Of a stretch of 58,870 nucleotides of DNA, positions 49,985 through 57,808 are shown piece by piece. The stretch is from Acutalibacteraceae bacterium (GTDB taxonomy: Bacteria > Bacteroidota > Bacteroidia > Bacteroidales > Bacteroidaceae): the NCBI GenBank assembly GCA_963645405.1, contig CAVISR010000001.1, positions 1 to 58,870 on the forward strand, read 5' to 3'. A program made the translations under genes and the position numbers. How positions within the stretch are numbered: position 1 is the first letter of the stretch; each line of letters begins with the position of its first letter. The notes beneath the pieces are model-generated. The model was not told where the DNA came from. It ran no database searches and saw nothing but the letters and a program-made list of their open reading frames with translations.

Positions 49985-51046
49985 ATGAAACTGAAAATAG
50001 CAGTTCTGGCAGGTGACGGTATCGGGCCAGAAATCATGGAACAGGGCGTCAATGTGATGAATGCCGTGTGCGAGAAGTTCGGACATGAGGTGACCTACAA
50101 GGAAGCATTGTGCGGAGCACATGCCATCGATGAAGTGGGCGACCCGTTCCCGGAAGAGACATTCCAGACATGTATGGATGCTGATGCAGTGCTTTTCGCA
50201 TCAGTCGGCGACCCTAAGTTCGACAACAATCCCAATGCAAAGGTGCGTCCCGAGCAGGGCTTGCTTGCCATGCGCAAGAAACTCGGACTCTACGCCAACA
50301 TACGTCCGGTAGAGACCTTCGATTGCCTCGTCCACAAGTCTCCGTTGAAAGACGAACTTGTGCGTGGCGCAGACTTCATCTGCATCCGCGAGTTGACAGG
50401 CGGTATGTATTTCGGCGAGAAGTACGAAGACGACGAGAAGGCTTACGACACCGACTACTACACACGTCCTGAGATTGAACGAATCTTGCGCGTGGGCTAC
50501 AGCTATGCAATGCGTCGCAACAAGCACCTCACAGTGGTCGACAAGGCAAATGTACTTGCATCAAGCCGTTTGTGGCGCAAGGTTGCCCAGGCAATTGCAC
50601 CCGAATATCCGGAAGTGAAGACCGATTTCATGTATGTCGACAATGCAGCCATGCGAATGATTCAGGAACCAAAGTTCTTCGATGTGATGGTTACAGAGAA
50701 CACCTTCGGCGACATCCTTACCGACGAGGGCAGCTGCATCACCGGCTCGATGGGACTTCTCCCGTCAGCAAGTACAGGCGAACATACACCGGTGTTCGAG
50801 CCGATTCACGGTTCTTGGCCACAGGCAAAGGGTTTGAACATCGCCAACCCATTGGCTCAGATTTTGTCAGTAGCCATGTTGTTTGAGTACTTCGACCTCA
50901 AGGATGAGGGCAGTCTCATTCGCAAGGCAGTCAATGCAAGCCTCGATGCCAACGTACGCACACCCGAGATCCAGGTTGAAGGTGGCGCAAAGTACGGCAC
51001 CAAGGAAGTAGGACAATGGATTGTTGATTACATCAAGAAAGCATAG
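49985..51046 (+). CDS. leuB: 3-isopropylmalate dehydrogenase
   Basis: 353 aa, [17 protein letters not shown]...[25 protein letters not shown]... Confidence 0.95.
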   Translation: MKLKIAVLAGDGIGPEIMEQGVNVMNAVCEKFGHEVTYKEALCGAHAIDEVGDPFPEETFQTCMDADAVLFASVGDPKFDNNPNAKVRPEQGLLAMRKKLGLYANIRPVETFDCLVHKSPLKDELVRGADFICIRELTGGMYFGEKYEDDEKAYDTDYYTRPEIERILRVGYSYAMRRNKHLTVVDKANVLASSRLWRKVAQAIAPEYPEVKTDFMYVDNAAMRMIQEPKFFDVMVTENTFGDILTDEGSCITGSMGLLPSASTGEHTPVFEPIHGSWPQAKGLNIANPLAQILSVAMLFEYFDLKDEGSLIRKAVNASLDANVRTPEIQVEGGAKYGTKEVGQWIVDYIKKA

Positions 51047-51108
51047 TCACTTGTTGCATGGTTGTGAATGCATAATGCAACCAGTTGCGACTACACAATA
51101 AGCACAAG

Positions 51109-51136
51109 AACCTCCTTTATGGGAGGTTTTTTGTGT
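51109..51136 (+). terminator. Rho-independent terminator after leuB
   Basis: AACCTCC at 51109-51115 pairs with GGAGGTT at 51122-51128. TTTTGTGTTT follows. Confidence 0.7.
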
Positions 51137-51184
51137 TTATGTAAGTTAAAAGCAATGCTTGTGAGAGATTATGCGGTAAAAAGT

Positions 51185-51215
51185 TTTGTCAGTCCAATTA
51201 TAATATGTAATTTTG
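51185..51215 (+). promoter_or_regulatory. Orphan consensus promoter: TTTG, 19-nt spacer, TAATTTTG
   Basis: TTTG at 51185-51188 and TAATTTTG at 51208-51215. The architecture is the same as the leu promoter. No plus-strand CDS follows for about 5 kb. Confidence 0.5.
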
Positions 51216-51221
51216 CAACGG

Positions 51222-51326
51222 ATTCAAAAGAAGCACTTAGTTTTTTATCACTCATGAAAGTGATTAAATAGTGTAAATTAGTAGGAGAGAGACAGGTCTG
51301 TTGATAGATATGTCTCTTGTTTTTTT
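51222..51326 (+). ncRNA. Candidate small RNA of about 105 nt (promoter-to-terminator unit)
   Basis: An internal hairpin ATCACT/AGTGAT lies at 51246-51263. The terminal hairpin AGAGACA (51288-51294) / TGTCTCT (51311-51317) is followed by TGTTTTTTT. The only embedded ORF is 5 codons long. Confidence 0.35.
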
Positions 51327-51386
51327 GTGTGACAAGCAGTGCTTCGATATGAAACCATCAGTCCTTCGTTCTGTATCCTTCAGTCG

Positions 51387-51650
51387 GTACTGCAGTCCTC
51401 ACTGGTCAGTACTGGAGTCCTCCCTTGACGGTACTGCAGTCCCGAACTGACGATACTCATCATCCGATTATTGGACAATCATGGCTTATGTGTACCCGTT
51501 CGCGTCGCAGTACGTTGCGCATGAATACTCGAGTACGTTGTGGAACGTACTGCGGTACGTTGAGGAACGTACTGCAGTCAAGTCGTACAGCGTACTGCAG
51601 TCAAGTCGTACAGCGTACTGCAGTCAAGTCGTACAGCGTACTGACCTCAT
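51387..51650. repeat. Composite tandem arrays of GTAC-containing 22-23-bp units
   Basis: GTACTGCAGTCCTCACTGGTCA-type units lie at 51387-51452. GTACGTTGNGGAACGTACTGCN occurs twice from 51533. GTACTGCAGTCAAGTCGTACAGC occurs three times, identically, at 51569-51637. Confidence 0.85.
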
Positions 51651-51695
51651 AGCAGCACGTCATGTGGTGTCTGCCGTATCAGCTGCATTCTGATG

Positions 51696-51744
51696 TAAAA
51701 ACAAAATGCACATCCTTCAGTAGACTCTACTGCGGGACGTGCAT
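51696..51744 (-). terminator. Probable terminator of the minus-strand operon
   Basis: ATGCAC at 51706-51711 pairs with GTGCAT at 51739-51744. An inner stem is CAGTAGA/TCTACTG. The plus-strand A-rich run at 51696-51705 gives a U tract on the minus strand. Confidence 0.5.
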
Positions 51745-51771
51745 TGTTTGTTGATGAAATGTGATGCCGGA

Positions 51772-52962
51772 TTACTTCAGTCGTGCCAATACGTCCTTGA
51801 TGCGTTTCATTGCTTCGATGATGTTCTCGTCGCTTGTGGCGTAGCTCATTCTGAAGCATTCGGGGCTGCCGAAGGCATCTCCGCCTACTGTTGCCACATG
51901 GCCTACTTCAAGCAGATACATGGCGAAGTCGGTGGAGTTGTTGATGGTGCGTTCGCCGTCGGTCTTGCCGAAGAATGACGAGCACTTGGGGAAGAGATAG
52001 AATGCTCCTTCGGGGTTGCGCACTTCGAGTCCCGGGATGTCTTTGGCAAGGTCGTAGATGAGGTTCTTTCTGCGCTCGAATGCCTGGCGCATGTCTTCCA
52101 CACATTGCTGGTCGCCGGTGTATGCGGCTTCGGCTGCTTTCTGGCTGACGCTGCATGGTCCGCTGGTGTACTGTCCCTGGAGTTTGTTTACGCCTTTCAC
52201 TATCCACTCGGGTGCGGCTACGAATCCGATGCGCCATCCGGTCATTGCGTATGCTTTGCTCACTCCGTTGATGATGACTACGCGGTCTTTGATGTCGGGG
52301 AAGGATGCCATTGAGGCGTGCTCGCCTACGTAGTTGATGTGTTCGTAGATTTCATCGGCAATCACGATGACTTCCTTGTGGTTCAACAGTACGTTCTTGA
52401 GTCCTTCGAGTTCCTTCTTGCTGTACACGGCTCCGGTTGGGTTGCTCGGTGTGCAGAGGATGATGGCTTTTGTCTTTGGAGTGATGGCTGCTTCGAGTTG
52501 TTCGGGCGTGATTTTGAAGTTCTGCTCGATTGTTGCCTCCACGAACACTGGTGTGCCTTCTGCCAGCAGCACCATCTGCGGGTAGCTTACCCAATAGGGG
52601 GCTGGGATGATTACTTCGTCGCCTGCGCCTACAATTGCCATGATGACATTGCACACAGACTGCTTGGCTCCATTGGAACAGAGAATCTCGGAGGGCTTGT
52701 AGTCAAGTCCGTTCTCGTTCTTCAGTTTGTTGACAATGGCTTGTTTCAATGCAGGATAACCTGGAACGGGACTGTAGTAAGTGTAGTTGTCGTCGATGGC
52801 TTTCTTTGCAGCTTCCTTGATGTGGTCGGGGGTGTGAAAGTCGGGTTCTCCTACGCTCATGTTAATTACATCGACACCTTGTGCCTTTAATTCGCTACTT
52901 CTCTGCGACATTGCGAGTGTCGCTGACGGTTGAAGTCTCTGAAGTCTGTCTGCTAAATTCAT
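51772..52962 (-). CDS. PLP-dependent class I aminotransferase (aspartate aminotransferase-like)
   Basis: 396 aa, ...LCTPSNPTGAVY..., GVSKAYAMTGWRIG (the PLP lysine motif). Confidence 0.9.
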   Translation of the reverse strand: MNLADRLQRLQPSATLAMSQRSSELKAQGVDVINMSVGEPDFHTPDHIKEAAKKAIDDNYTYYSPVPGYPALKQAIVNKLKNENGLDYKPSEILCSNGAKQSVCNVIMAIVGAGDEVIIPAPYWVSYPQMVLLAEGTPVFVEATIEQNFKITPEQLEAAITPKTKAIILCTPSNPTGAVYSKKELEGLKNVLLNHKEVIVIADEIYEHINYVGEHASMASFPDIKDRVVIINGVSKAYAMTGWRIGFVAAPEWIVKGVNKLQGQYTSGPCSVSQKAAEAAYTGDQQCVEDMRQAFERRKNLIYDLAKDIPGLEVRNPEGAFYLFPKCSSFFGKTDGERTINNSTDFAMYLLEVGHVATVGGDAFGSPECFRMSYATSDENIIEAMKRIKDVLARLK

Positions 52963-53008
52963 TTATTTGATAATTTAAAAGTTGAGTCTGTTTTGTTCAT
53001 GCGGGTCG

Positions 53009-54223
53009 TCACATGCTGATGTGGAGCATGTGGCCCATGCGTTCTTTCTTTGTTTTCAAGTAATACTTGTTGTACTCGTTGGGCACAATCTCGATGGGCA
53101 CGTTCTCCACTACTTCAAGTCCGTAGCCTTCGAGTCCCACGCGCTTCACGGGGTTGTTGGTTATCAGGCGTACTTTGCCGATGCCGAGGTCGCGCAGGAT
53201 TTGTGCTCCTACTCCGTAGTCGCGCAGGTCGGGGTCGAACCCGAGGTGGATGTTGGCATCCACTGTGTCTAGCCCTTGCTCCTGGAGCTTGTAGGCTGCA
53301 ATCTTGTTCATCAGTCCTATGCCACGTCCTTCCTGGAGGAGATAGACGATGCATCCCTTTCCTGCTTTGTCAATCATCTGCATGGAGCGGTGGAGCTGTT
53401 CTCCGCAGTCGCAACGCTTGCTTCCGAAGATGTCGCCGGTGGCGCATGAGGAGTGCATCCTCACGAGCACTGGCTCGTCTTTGGTCCATGTGCCTTTGAT
53501 GAGTGCCACATGCTCGAGTCCGTTGCTTTTCTGACGGAAGGGTATGATGCGGAAGTGTCCGTAGTCGGTGGGCAGGTCGGCTTCCACTCCTTGTTCCACG
53601 AGTGTCTCCCTCTGTATGCGGTAGGCAATGAGGTCTTTTATCTGTATGAGTTTCAGTCCCAGTTGCTTGGCTTTCTCCTGCAGCTGTGGCATGCGTGCCA
53701 TGGTTCCGTCGGGATTGAGTATCTCGATGAGTGCGGCTGCGGGATTGAGTCCTGCCAGGCGTGCCAGGTCGATGGCTGCTTCGGTGTGTCCTGCCCTGCG
53801 CAACACTCCGTTGTCCTGGGCATAGAGTGGATTGATGTGTCCCGGACGTCCGAATGTCTCGGGTGTTGACGTGGGGTCTGCCAGTGCGCGTATGGTTGCA
53901 GCGCGGTCGGCTGCGGACACTCCGGTGGTGCATCCTTCCAGCTTGTCAACGGTGATAGTGAATGGAGTGCCGAGCATTGAGGTGTTGTGCTCTACCTGGT
54001 GGGGAAGTCCGAGTTCACGGGCGCGGGAAATGGTGATGGGTGCGCAGAGCACGCCTCTTCCCTCGCGCAACATGAAGTTTATCTTCTCGGGGGTAATCAT
54101 TTCAGCGGGAGTGATGAAGTCTCCTTCGTTTTCTCTGTCTTCATCGTCGACCACAATCACGAATTTCCCTTGCCGGAAATCCTTGATTGCTTCCTCAATG
54201 GTGCTGAATTCTATTTTCTCCAT
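53009..54223 (-). CDS. ribBA: Bifunctional 3,4-dihydroxy-2-butanone-4-phosphate synthase / GTP cyclohydrolase II
   Basis: 404 aa, with a RibB half ([13 protein letters not shown]) and a RibA half ([23 protein letters not shown]). Confidence 0.95.
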   Translation of the reverse strand: MEKIEFSTIEEAIKDFRQGKFVIVVDDEDRENEGDFITPAEMITPEKINFMLREGRGVLCAPITISRARELGLPHQVEHNTSMLGTPFTITVDKLEGCTTGVSAADRAATIRALADPTSTPETFGRPGHINPLYAQDNGVLRRAGHTEAAIDLARLAGLNPAAALIEILNPDGTMARMPQLQEKAKQLGLKLIQIKDLIAYRIQRETLVEQGVEADLPTDYGHFRIIPFRQKSNGLEHVALIKGTWTKDEPVLVRMHSSCATGDIFGSKRCDCGEQLHRSMQMIDKAGKGCIVYLLQEGRGIGLMNKIAAYKLQEQGLDTVDANIHLGFDPDLRDYGVGAQILRDLGIGKVRLITNNPVKRVGLEGYGLEVVENVPIEIVPNEYNKYYLKTKKERMGHMLHISM

Positions 54224-54226
54224 AGT

Positions 54227-56059
54227 CTATAATGTCTTTTTGTTTATGAATTCTATTATGTGTCGGCATGCACTTATGGTGGCACGCAGGTCTTTCTTCA
54301 GTCGGTTGTGATGGCGCGGTTCGCGGCTGATGACTGGCATGAGGTTCAGATAGTGGAACACCTCACGGTCTTTGGAGTTCGACAGCTCTTCCACGCAGTC
54401 GTCCATCTCCTGGCAAATGAGGGCGAGGCTTGGGTCTTGCCTGTTCCTTATTATATATATAAGGAGTTGGTGGGGCAACATGTGGCGGTAGGTGCTGAGG
54501 TAATCGCTGCAGTTGTCTGCGAGTGTCTGCAGCCGGTCACGGACTGAAGGATAGTCGGGGTCGTTGATGATGACTTCCTTCTTGTAGATGTTGCGCTTGG
54601 TGCGCACTCCAAGGATTCGGCGCACGACTGACTTGTAGGAATCGATGTTGAACACCACTGAGTCGTTGTTTGACTTGATGGTGAGGAAGAGGGCAAGTGG
54701 CACGAGTACGAACATGCTTGCCCATGACCCGAGCCACACGGGTATGGTGTCTTCGAGTGCCATGTTGGTGGAGCCGGTGTCGAGGATGTAGTAGATGATG
54801 AATATCACTACGGACACGACGACTGGTGCTCCGAGTCCGCCCTTGCGTATGATGGCTCCCAGCGGTGCACCGATGAAGAAGAAGAGCAGGCAGGTGAGTG
54901 CCATGGTGATTTTCTGCCAGTATTTTATCCAGTGCTTGCGTATGTTCTTGTCCTGGCTCTGTATCCAACTGGAGACGTAAACGTCGAGGCTCATCTGCAT
55001 CTGCTGTATCCTGCTCAAGGCTCCCCGCGTGATGTTCTGCTGTTCCACCACTCCTACACGGGCAAACAGTGTGTCGATGTTGGGGGTGGGCATCTTTGCC
55101 AGTTTGTCCTGGTACTTCAGTCGCTCGATGGAGTCGGTGATGTTGTCGATGGGGTTGCTTATGTACATGGGACCGCGCATCATGTCGTCGTACACTGCGT
55201 GGCTCATGCTGTCGAGCTGCACTTGCATTGAGTCGATGTCGTGTATGAGTTGCACCATGTTCTTGGTCTTGGCATTGCTGGCTCCGGCATCGGAGTCCTC
55301 CATGTTGAGGTTCATGTCGAAGTCTATGATGAAGTTCTTCTCGACGAATGTCTCGCGGCGGTAGGGCGAGAACTGGGTCCGCAGCATTCCGCCCTGCAGA
55401 TTCTCGAACTGCTCTCCGCTGTACAGGTGCAGGACAAGAAACCGCTTGTCGGCACTTGTCTCCAGCTTGGCGGAGTCGGAAAGGAGAATGTGTGCGTCCT
55501 GAATGCCGTCGCGCAGGTTGTAGATGACCACATCGTAGAGCATGCCGGTGTCTGCGTTTTTCTTCTTTACATAGAGGTTGATGCCGTCGATGCCGTCATA
55601 GAATGCGCCCTCGGGTATGTCGAGCTCGGGCGACTTCTTCATCATGGATATGCGGTACTGTATGATTTTGGCTTCAGCCCTTGGCCCCACAACATTCTGG
55701 AAATACAATGACACGAGCGACACCATCACGATGAACAGGGCAATCGGCATCATTGTGCGGATGAGACTGATGCCTGCTGCCTTTATCGCAAGCAGCTCCA
55801 GCCGTTCTCCCAGGTTTCCGAAGGAGATGAGCGATGCCAACAGCACTGCAAGAGGCAGCGCCAACGGGACGAGAGACTCTGCTGCATAGAAGAAGAACTT
55901 GGCAATGACATCCACTCCAAGTCCCTTGCCTACCAGCTCGTCGACGTATTTCCACAGGAACTGCATCATGACGGCAAAGAGGCTGATGCAGAATGTGCCT
56001 GCAAACAGTACTATGAAGTTCTTTAGGACGTATTGGTCCAGTCTCTTTATGATGCGCAT
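54227..56059 (-). CDS. LptF/LptG (YjgP/YjgQ) family permease, long Bacteroidota form
   Basis: 610 aa. An N-terminal cluster of TM segments is followed by a large periplasmic insert, C-terminal TM segments and a cytoplasmic tail of about 130 aa. Confidence 0.8.
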   Translation of the reverse strand: MRIIKRLDQYVLKNFIVLFAGTFCISLFAVMMQFLWKYVDELVGKGLGVDVIAKFFFYAAESLVPLALPLAVLLASLISFGNLGERLELLAIKAAGISLIRTMMPIALFIVMVSLVSLYFQNVVGPRAEAKIIQYRISMMKKSPELDIPEGAFYDGIDGINLYVKKKNADTGMLYDVVIYNLRDGIQDAHILLSDSAKLETSADKRFLVLHLYSGEQFENLQGGMLRTQFSPYRRETFVEKNFIIDFDMNLNMEDSDAGASNAKTKNMVQLIHDIDSMQVQLDSMSHAVYDDMMRGPMYISNPIDNITDSIERLKYQDKLAKMPTPNIDTLFARVGVVEQQNITRGALSRIQQMQMSLDVYVSSWIQSQDKNIRKHWIKYWQKITMALTCLLFFFIGAPLGAIIRKGGLGAPVVVSVVIFIIYYILDTGSTNMALEDTIPVWLGSWASMFVLVPLALFLTIKSNNDSVVFNIDSYKSVVRRILGVRTKRNIYKKEVIINDPDYPSVRDRLQTLADNCSDYLSTYRHMLPHQLLIYIIRNRQDPSLALICQEMDDCVEELSNSKDREVFHYLNLMPVISREPRHHNRLKKDLRATISACRHIIEFINKKTL

Positions 56060-56095
56060 TGTCTACTTACAAGTCTATTGTGTACAATATGGGTG

Positions 56096-56103
56096 CAAAG
56101 TTA
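56096..56103 (-). promoter_or_regulatory. -7 box TAACTTTG (minus strand) for the lptFG-like / ribBA / aminotransferase operon
   Basis: Plus-strand CAAAGTTA at 56096-56103, 37 nt upstream of the ATG at 56059. Confidence 0.5.
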
Positions 56104-56187
56104 CGAAAAAAGGAGGAATGATGACTGCATACGCCCATAAATGCGTGTTTTTTTCTGCTTCAGAGGGCGTGACAGAATTTATTTAGC

Positions 56188-56195
56188 TAACTTTG
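56188..56195 (+). promoter_or_regulatory. -7 box TAACTTTG for the SpmA/B-like gene
   Basis: It lies 22 nt upstream of the ATG at 56217 and is divergent from the promoter at 56096. Confidence 0.5.
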
Positions 56196-56216
56196 TGGTT
56201 GCTAAACTTTACAACG

Positions 56217-57449
56217 ATGGCATTAAACTACATTTGGATAGCATTTTTCTTCATAGCATTTGTCATTTCGCTCATCCGGCTTGTGTTCATGGGCGACACA
56301 GAGGTATTCTCCAGTTTGGTCAACTCCACATTCGATGCATCGAAGACCGGTTTCGAGGTGTCGCTCGGAATGGTGGGTGTGTTGTCGCTCTGGATGGGGA
56401 TAATGAAAGTGGGGGAGCAAGGAGGATTGATAGGACTCTTTGCACGCTGGTTCTCTCCAGTACTCACGAAGATATTCCCCGACATACCGAAGGGACATCC
56501 GGTGATGGGAACTATGGTGATGAACATATCGGCGAACTTGCTGGGACTGGACAATGCTGCGACCCCTATGGGACTGAAGGCGATGGAACAGCTGCAGGAA
56601 CTGAACCCGAAGAAGGACACGGCATCGAACCCGATGATAATGTTTCTTGTGCTGAATACTTCGGGACTGACCCTCATACCGGTCAGTGTGCTTGTGTTCC
56701 GCACTCAGTTGGGCGCGGCTCAACCTACGGATGTGTTCATCCCTATCCTGCTTGCCACCTTTGCCAGTACGCTGGTGGGACTGCTTGTGACATGTGCTGT
56801 ACAGAGGATAAACCTGTTCAACCGAACCTTGCTGCTTTTCCTCGGAGTGCTGTGTCTGTTGGTTGCGGCTGTAGTGTGGACGTTCTCGCAAATGTCCACG
56901 GAAACAATGAATACTGTGTCGACGCTCGTTGCCAATGTCTTGTTGTTCACTATTATAGTCATCTTTATCCTGTCGGGAGTCATAAAGCGGCTCAATGTCT
57001 ATGATGCTTTTATTGAGGGGGCAAAGGACGGCTTCATGACTGCAGTGAAGATTATTCCTTTCCTGATTGCCATTCTTGTGGGTGTGGCAGTGTTCCGTGC
57101 TTCGGGAGCGATGGATTTCCTTATTGACGGCATTGCATGGCTCGTGGGAATCTGCGGGCTCGACAGCGATTTCGTTGCCGCTTTGCCTACTGCAATCATG
57201 AAACCGCTGAGTGGAAGTGGGGCGCGAGGCATGATGGTGGATGCGATGACGACATACGGACCGGACTCTTTTGTCGGACACCTTTCGTGCGTGTTCCAAG
57301 GATGTACGGACACCACATTCTACATACTGGCAGTCTACTTCGGCAGTGTGGCAATACGCAAGACCCGACATGCGGTTGCATGCGGCTTGTTGGCTGATTT
57401 GGGAGGCATAATAGCAGCCATTTTCGTCAGTTATATGTTCTTTCACTAA
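56217..57449 (+). CDS. Nucleoside-recognition (Gate) domain membrane protein, SpmA/SpmB-like fusion
   Basis: The ATG at 56217 (MALNYIWIAFFFIAF...) is preferred over the TTG at 56193. The protein is polytopic and carries NISANLLGLDNAATPMGLKAM. Confidence 0.8.
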   Translation: MALNYIWIAFFFIAFVISLIRLVFMGDTEVFSSLVNSTFDASKTGFEVSLGMVGVLSLWMGIMKVGEQGGLIGLFARWFSPVLTKIFPDIPKGHPVMGTMVMNISANLLGLDNAATPMGLKAMEQLQELNPKKDTASNPMIMFLVLNTSGLTLIPVSVLVFRTQLGAAQPTDVFIPILLATFASTLVGLLVTCAVQRINLFNRTLLLFLGVLCLLVAAVVWTFSQMSTETMNTVSTLVANVLLFTIIVIFILSGVIKRLNVYDAFIEGAKDGFMTAVKIIPFLIAILVGVAVFRASGAMDFLIDGIAWLVGICGLDSDFVAALPTAIMKPLSGSGARGMMVDAMTTYGPDSFVGHLSCVFQGCTDTTFYILAVYFGSVAIRKTRHAVACGLLADLGGIIAAIFVSYMFFH

Positions 57450-57501
57450 GAAAAAAACAAAAAAAGATGGGTCATCGCATTGTCGGTTGCGAATTATTTG
57501 C

Positions 57502-57509
57502 TAACTTTG
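57502..57509 (+). promoter_or_regulatory. -7 box TAACTTTG upstream of the tRNA
   Basis: It lies 22 nt upstream of tRNA position 1. Confidence 0.5.
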
Positions 57510-57530
57510 CAGCCGCAAACGAGAAATGAT

Positions 57531-57604
57531 GGCGAGATAGCTCAGCTGGTTAGAGCGTCGGATTCATAATCCGGAGGTCGTGGGATCATACCCCACTCTC
57601 GCTA
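57531..57604 (+). tRNA. tRNA with a CAU anticodon (tRNA-Met, or lysidine-type tRNA-Ile2 cannot be excluded)
   Basis: The cloverleaf was folded by hand. Acceptor stem GGCGAGA/TCTCGCT has a G1-U72 pair. The D arm is TAGCTCAGCTGGTTAGAGC. The anticodon arm is TCGGA-TTCATAA-TCCGG. The T arm is GTGGG-ATCATAC-CCCAC. The discriminator is A and no CCA is encoded. Confidence 0.9.
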
Positions 57605-57650
57605 CAACAAAGAGCCGTCGGTAAGAGTACTGGCGGCTCTTGTTGTATTT
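57605..57650 (+). terminator. Hairpin terminator after the tRNA
   Basis: CAACAAAGAGCCG at 57605-57617 pairs with CGGCTCTTGTTG at 57634-57645, with one bulged A. A604-T646 adds a further pair, giving 13 bp. ATTTGT follows. Confidence 0.55.
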
Positions 57651-57808
57651 GTATGCACTTGTTGTAAGTTGTATGCACTTGCTGTGCTTGTTGTTTATGT
57701 GTGACTGCTCGTTTATTCCTCTTGTGTATTCTTGGTTGTTACTCTTCTGATGTTCTCCTTGCTTCCTCTTGTGATGTTTTCCTTGCATTCTCAATTGCGG
57801 TACATTTA

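Noticed and set aside
48386-50122. Long antisense ORFs (48386-49069, 227 aa, and 49211-50122, 303 aa, both minus strand) opposite the cimA-like and leuB genes
   Set aside because: They lie opposite ORFs with clear family signatures and their translations are His/Val/Cys/Leu-biased without motifs. Such shadow ORFs are typical of this relatively GC-rich part of the window. The same applies to the overlapping-frame ORFs within 53050-54311.
56141-57446. A 407-aa minus-strand ORF (56223-57446) and a 287-aa plus-strand alternative-frame ORF (56141-57004) overlapping the SpmA/B-like gene
   Set aside because: Both have extreme His/Arg/Cys/Gln composition and no recognisable domain. The 56217-57449 frame encodes a coherent polytopic membrane protein with nucleoside-recognition motifs.
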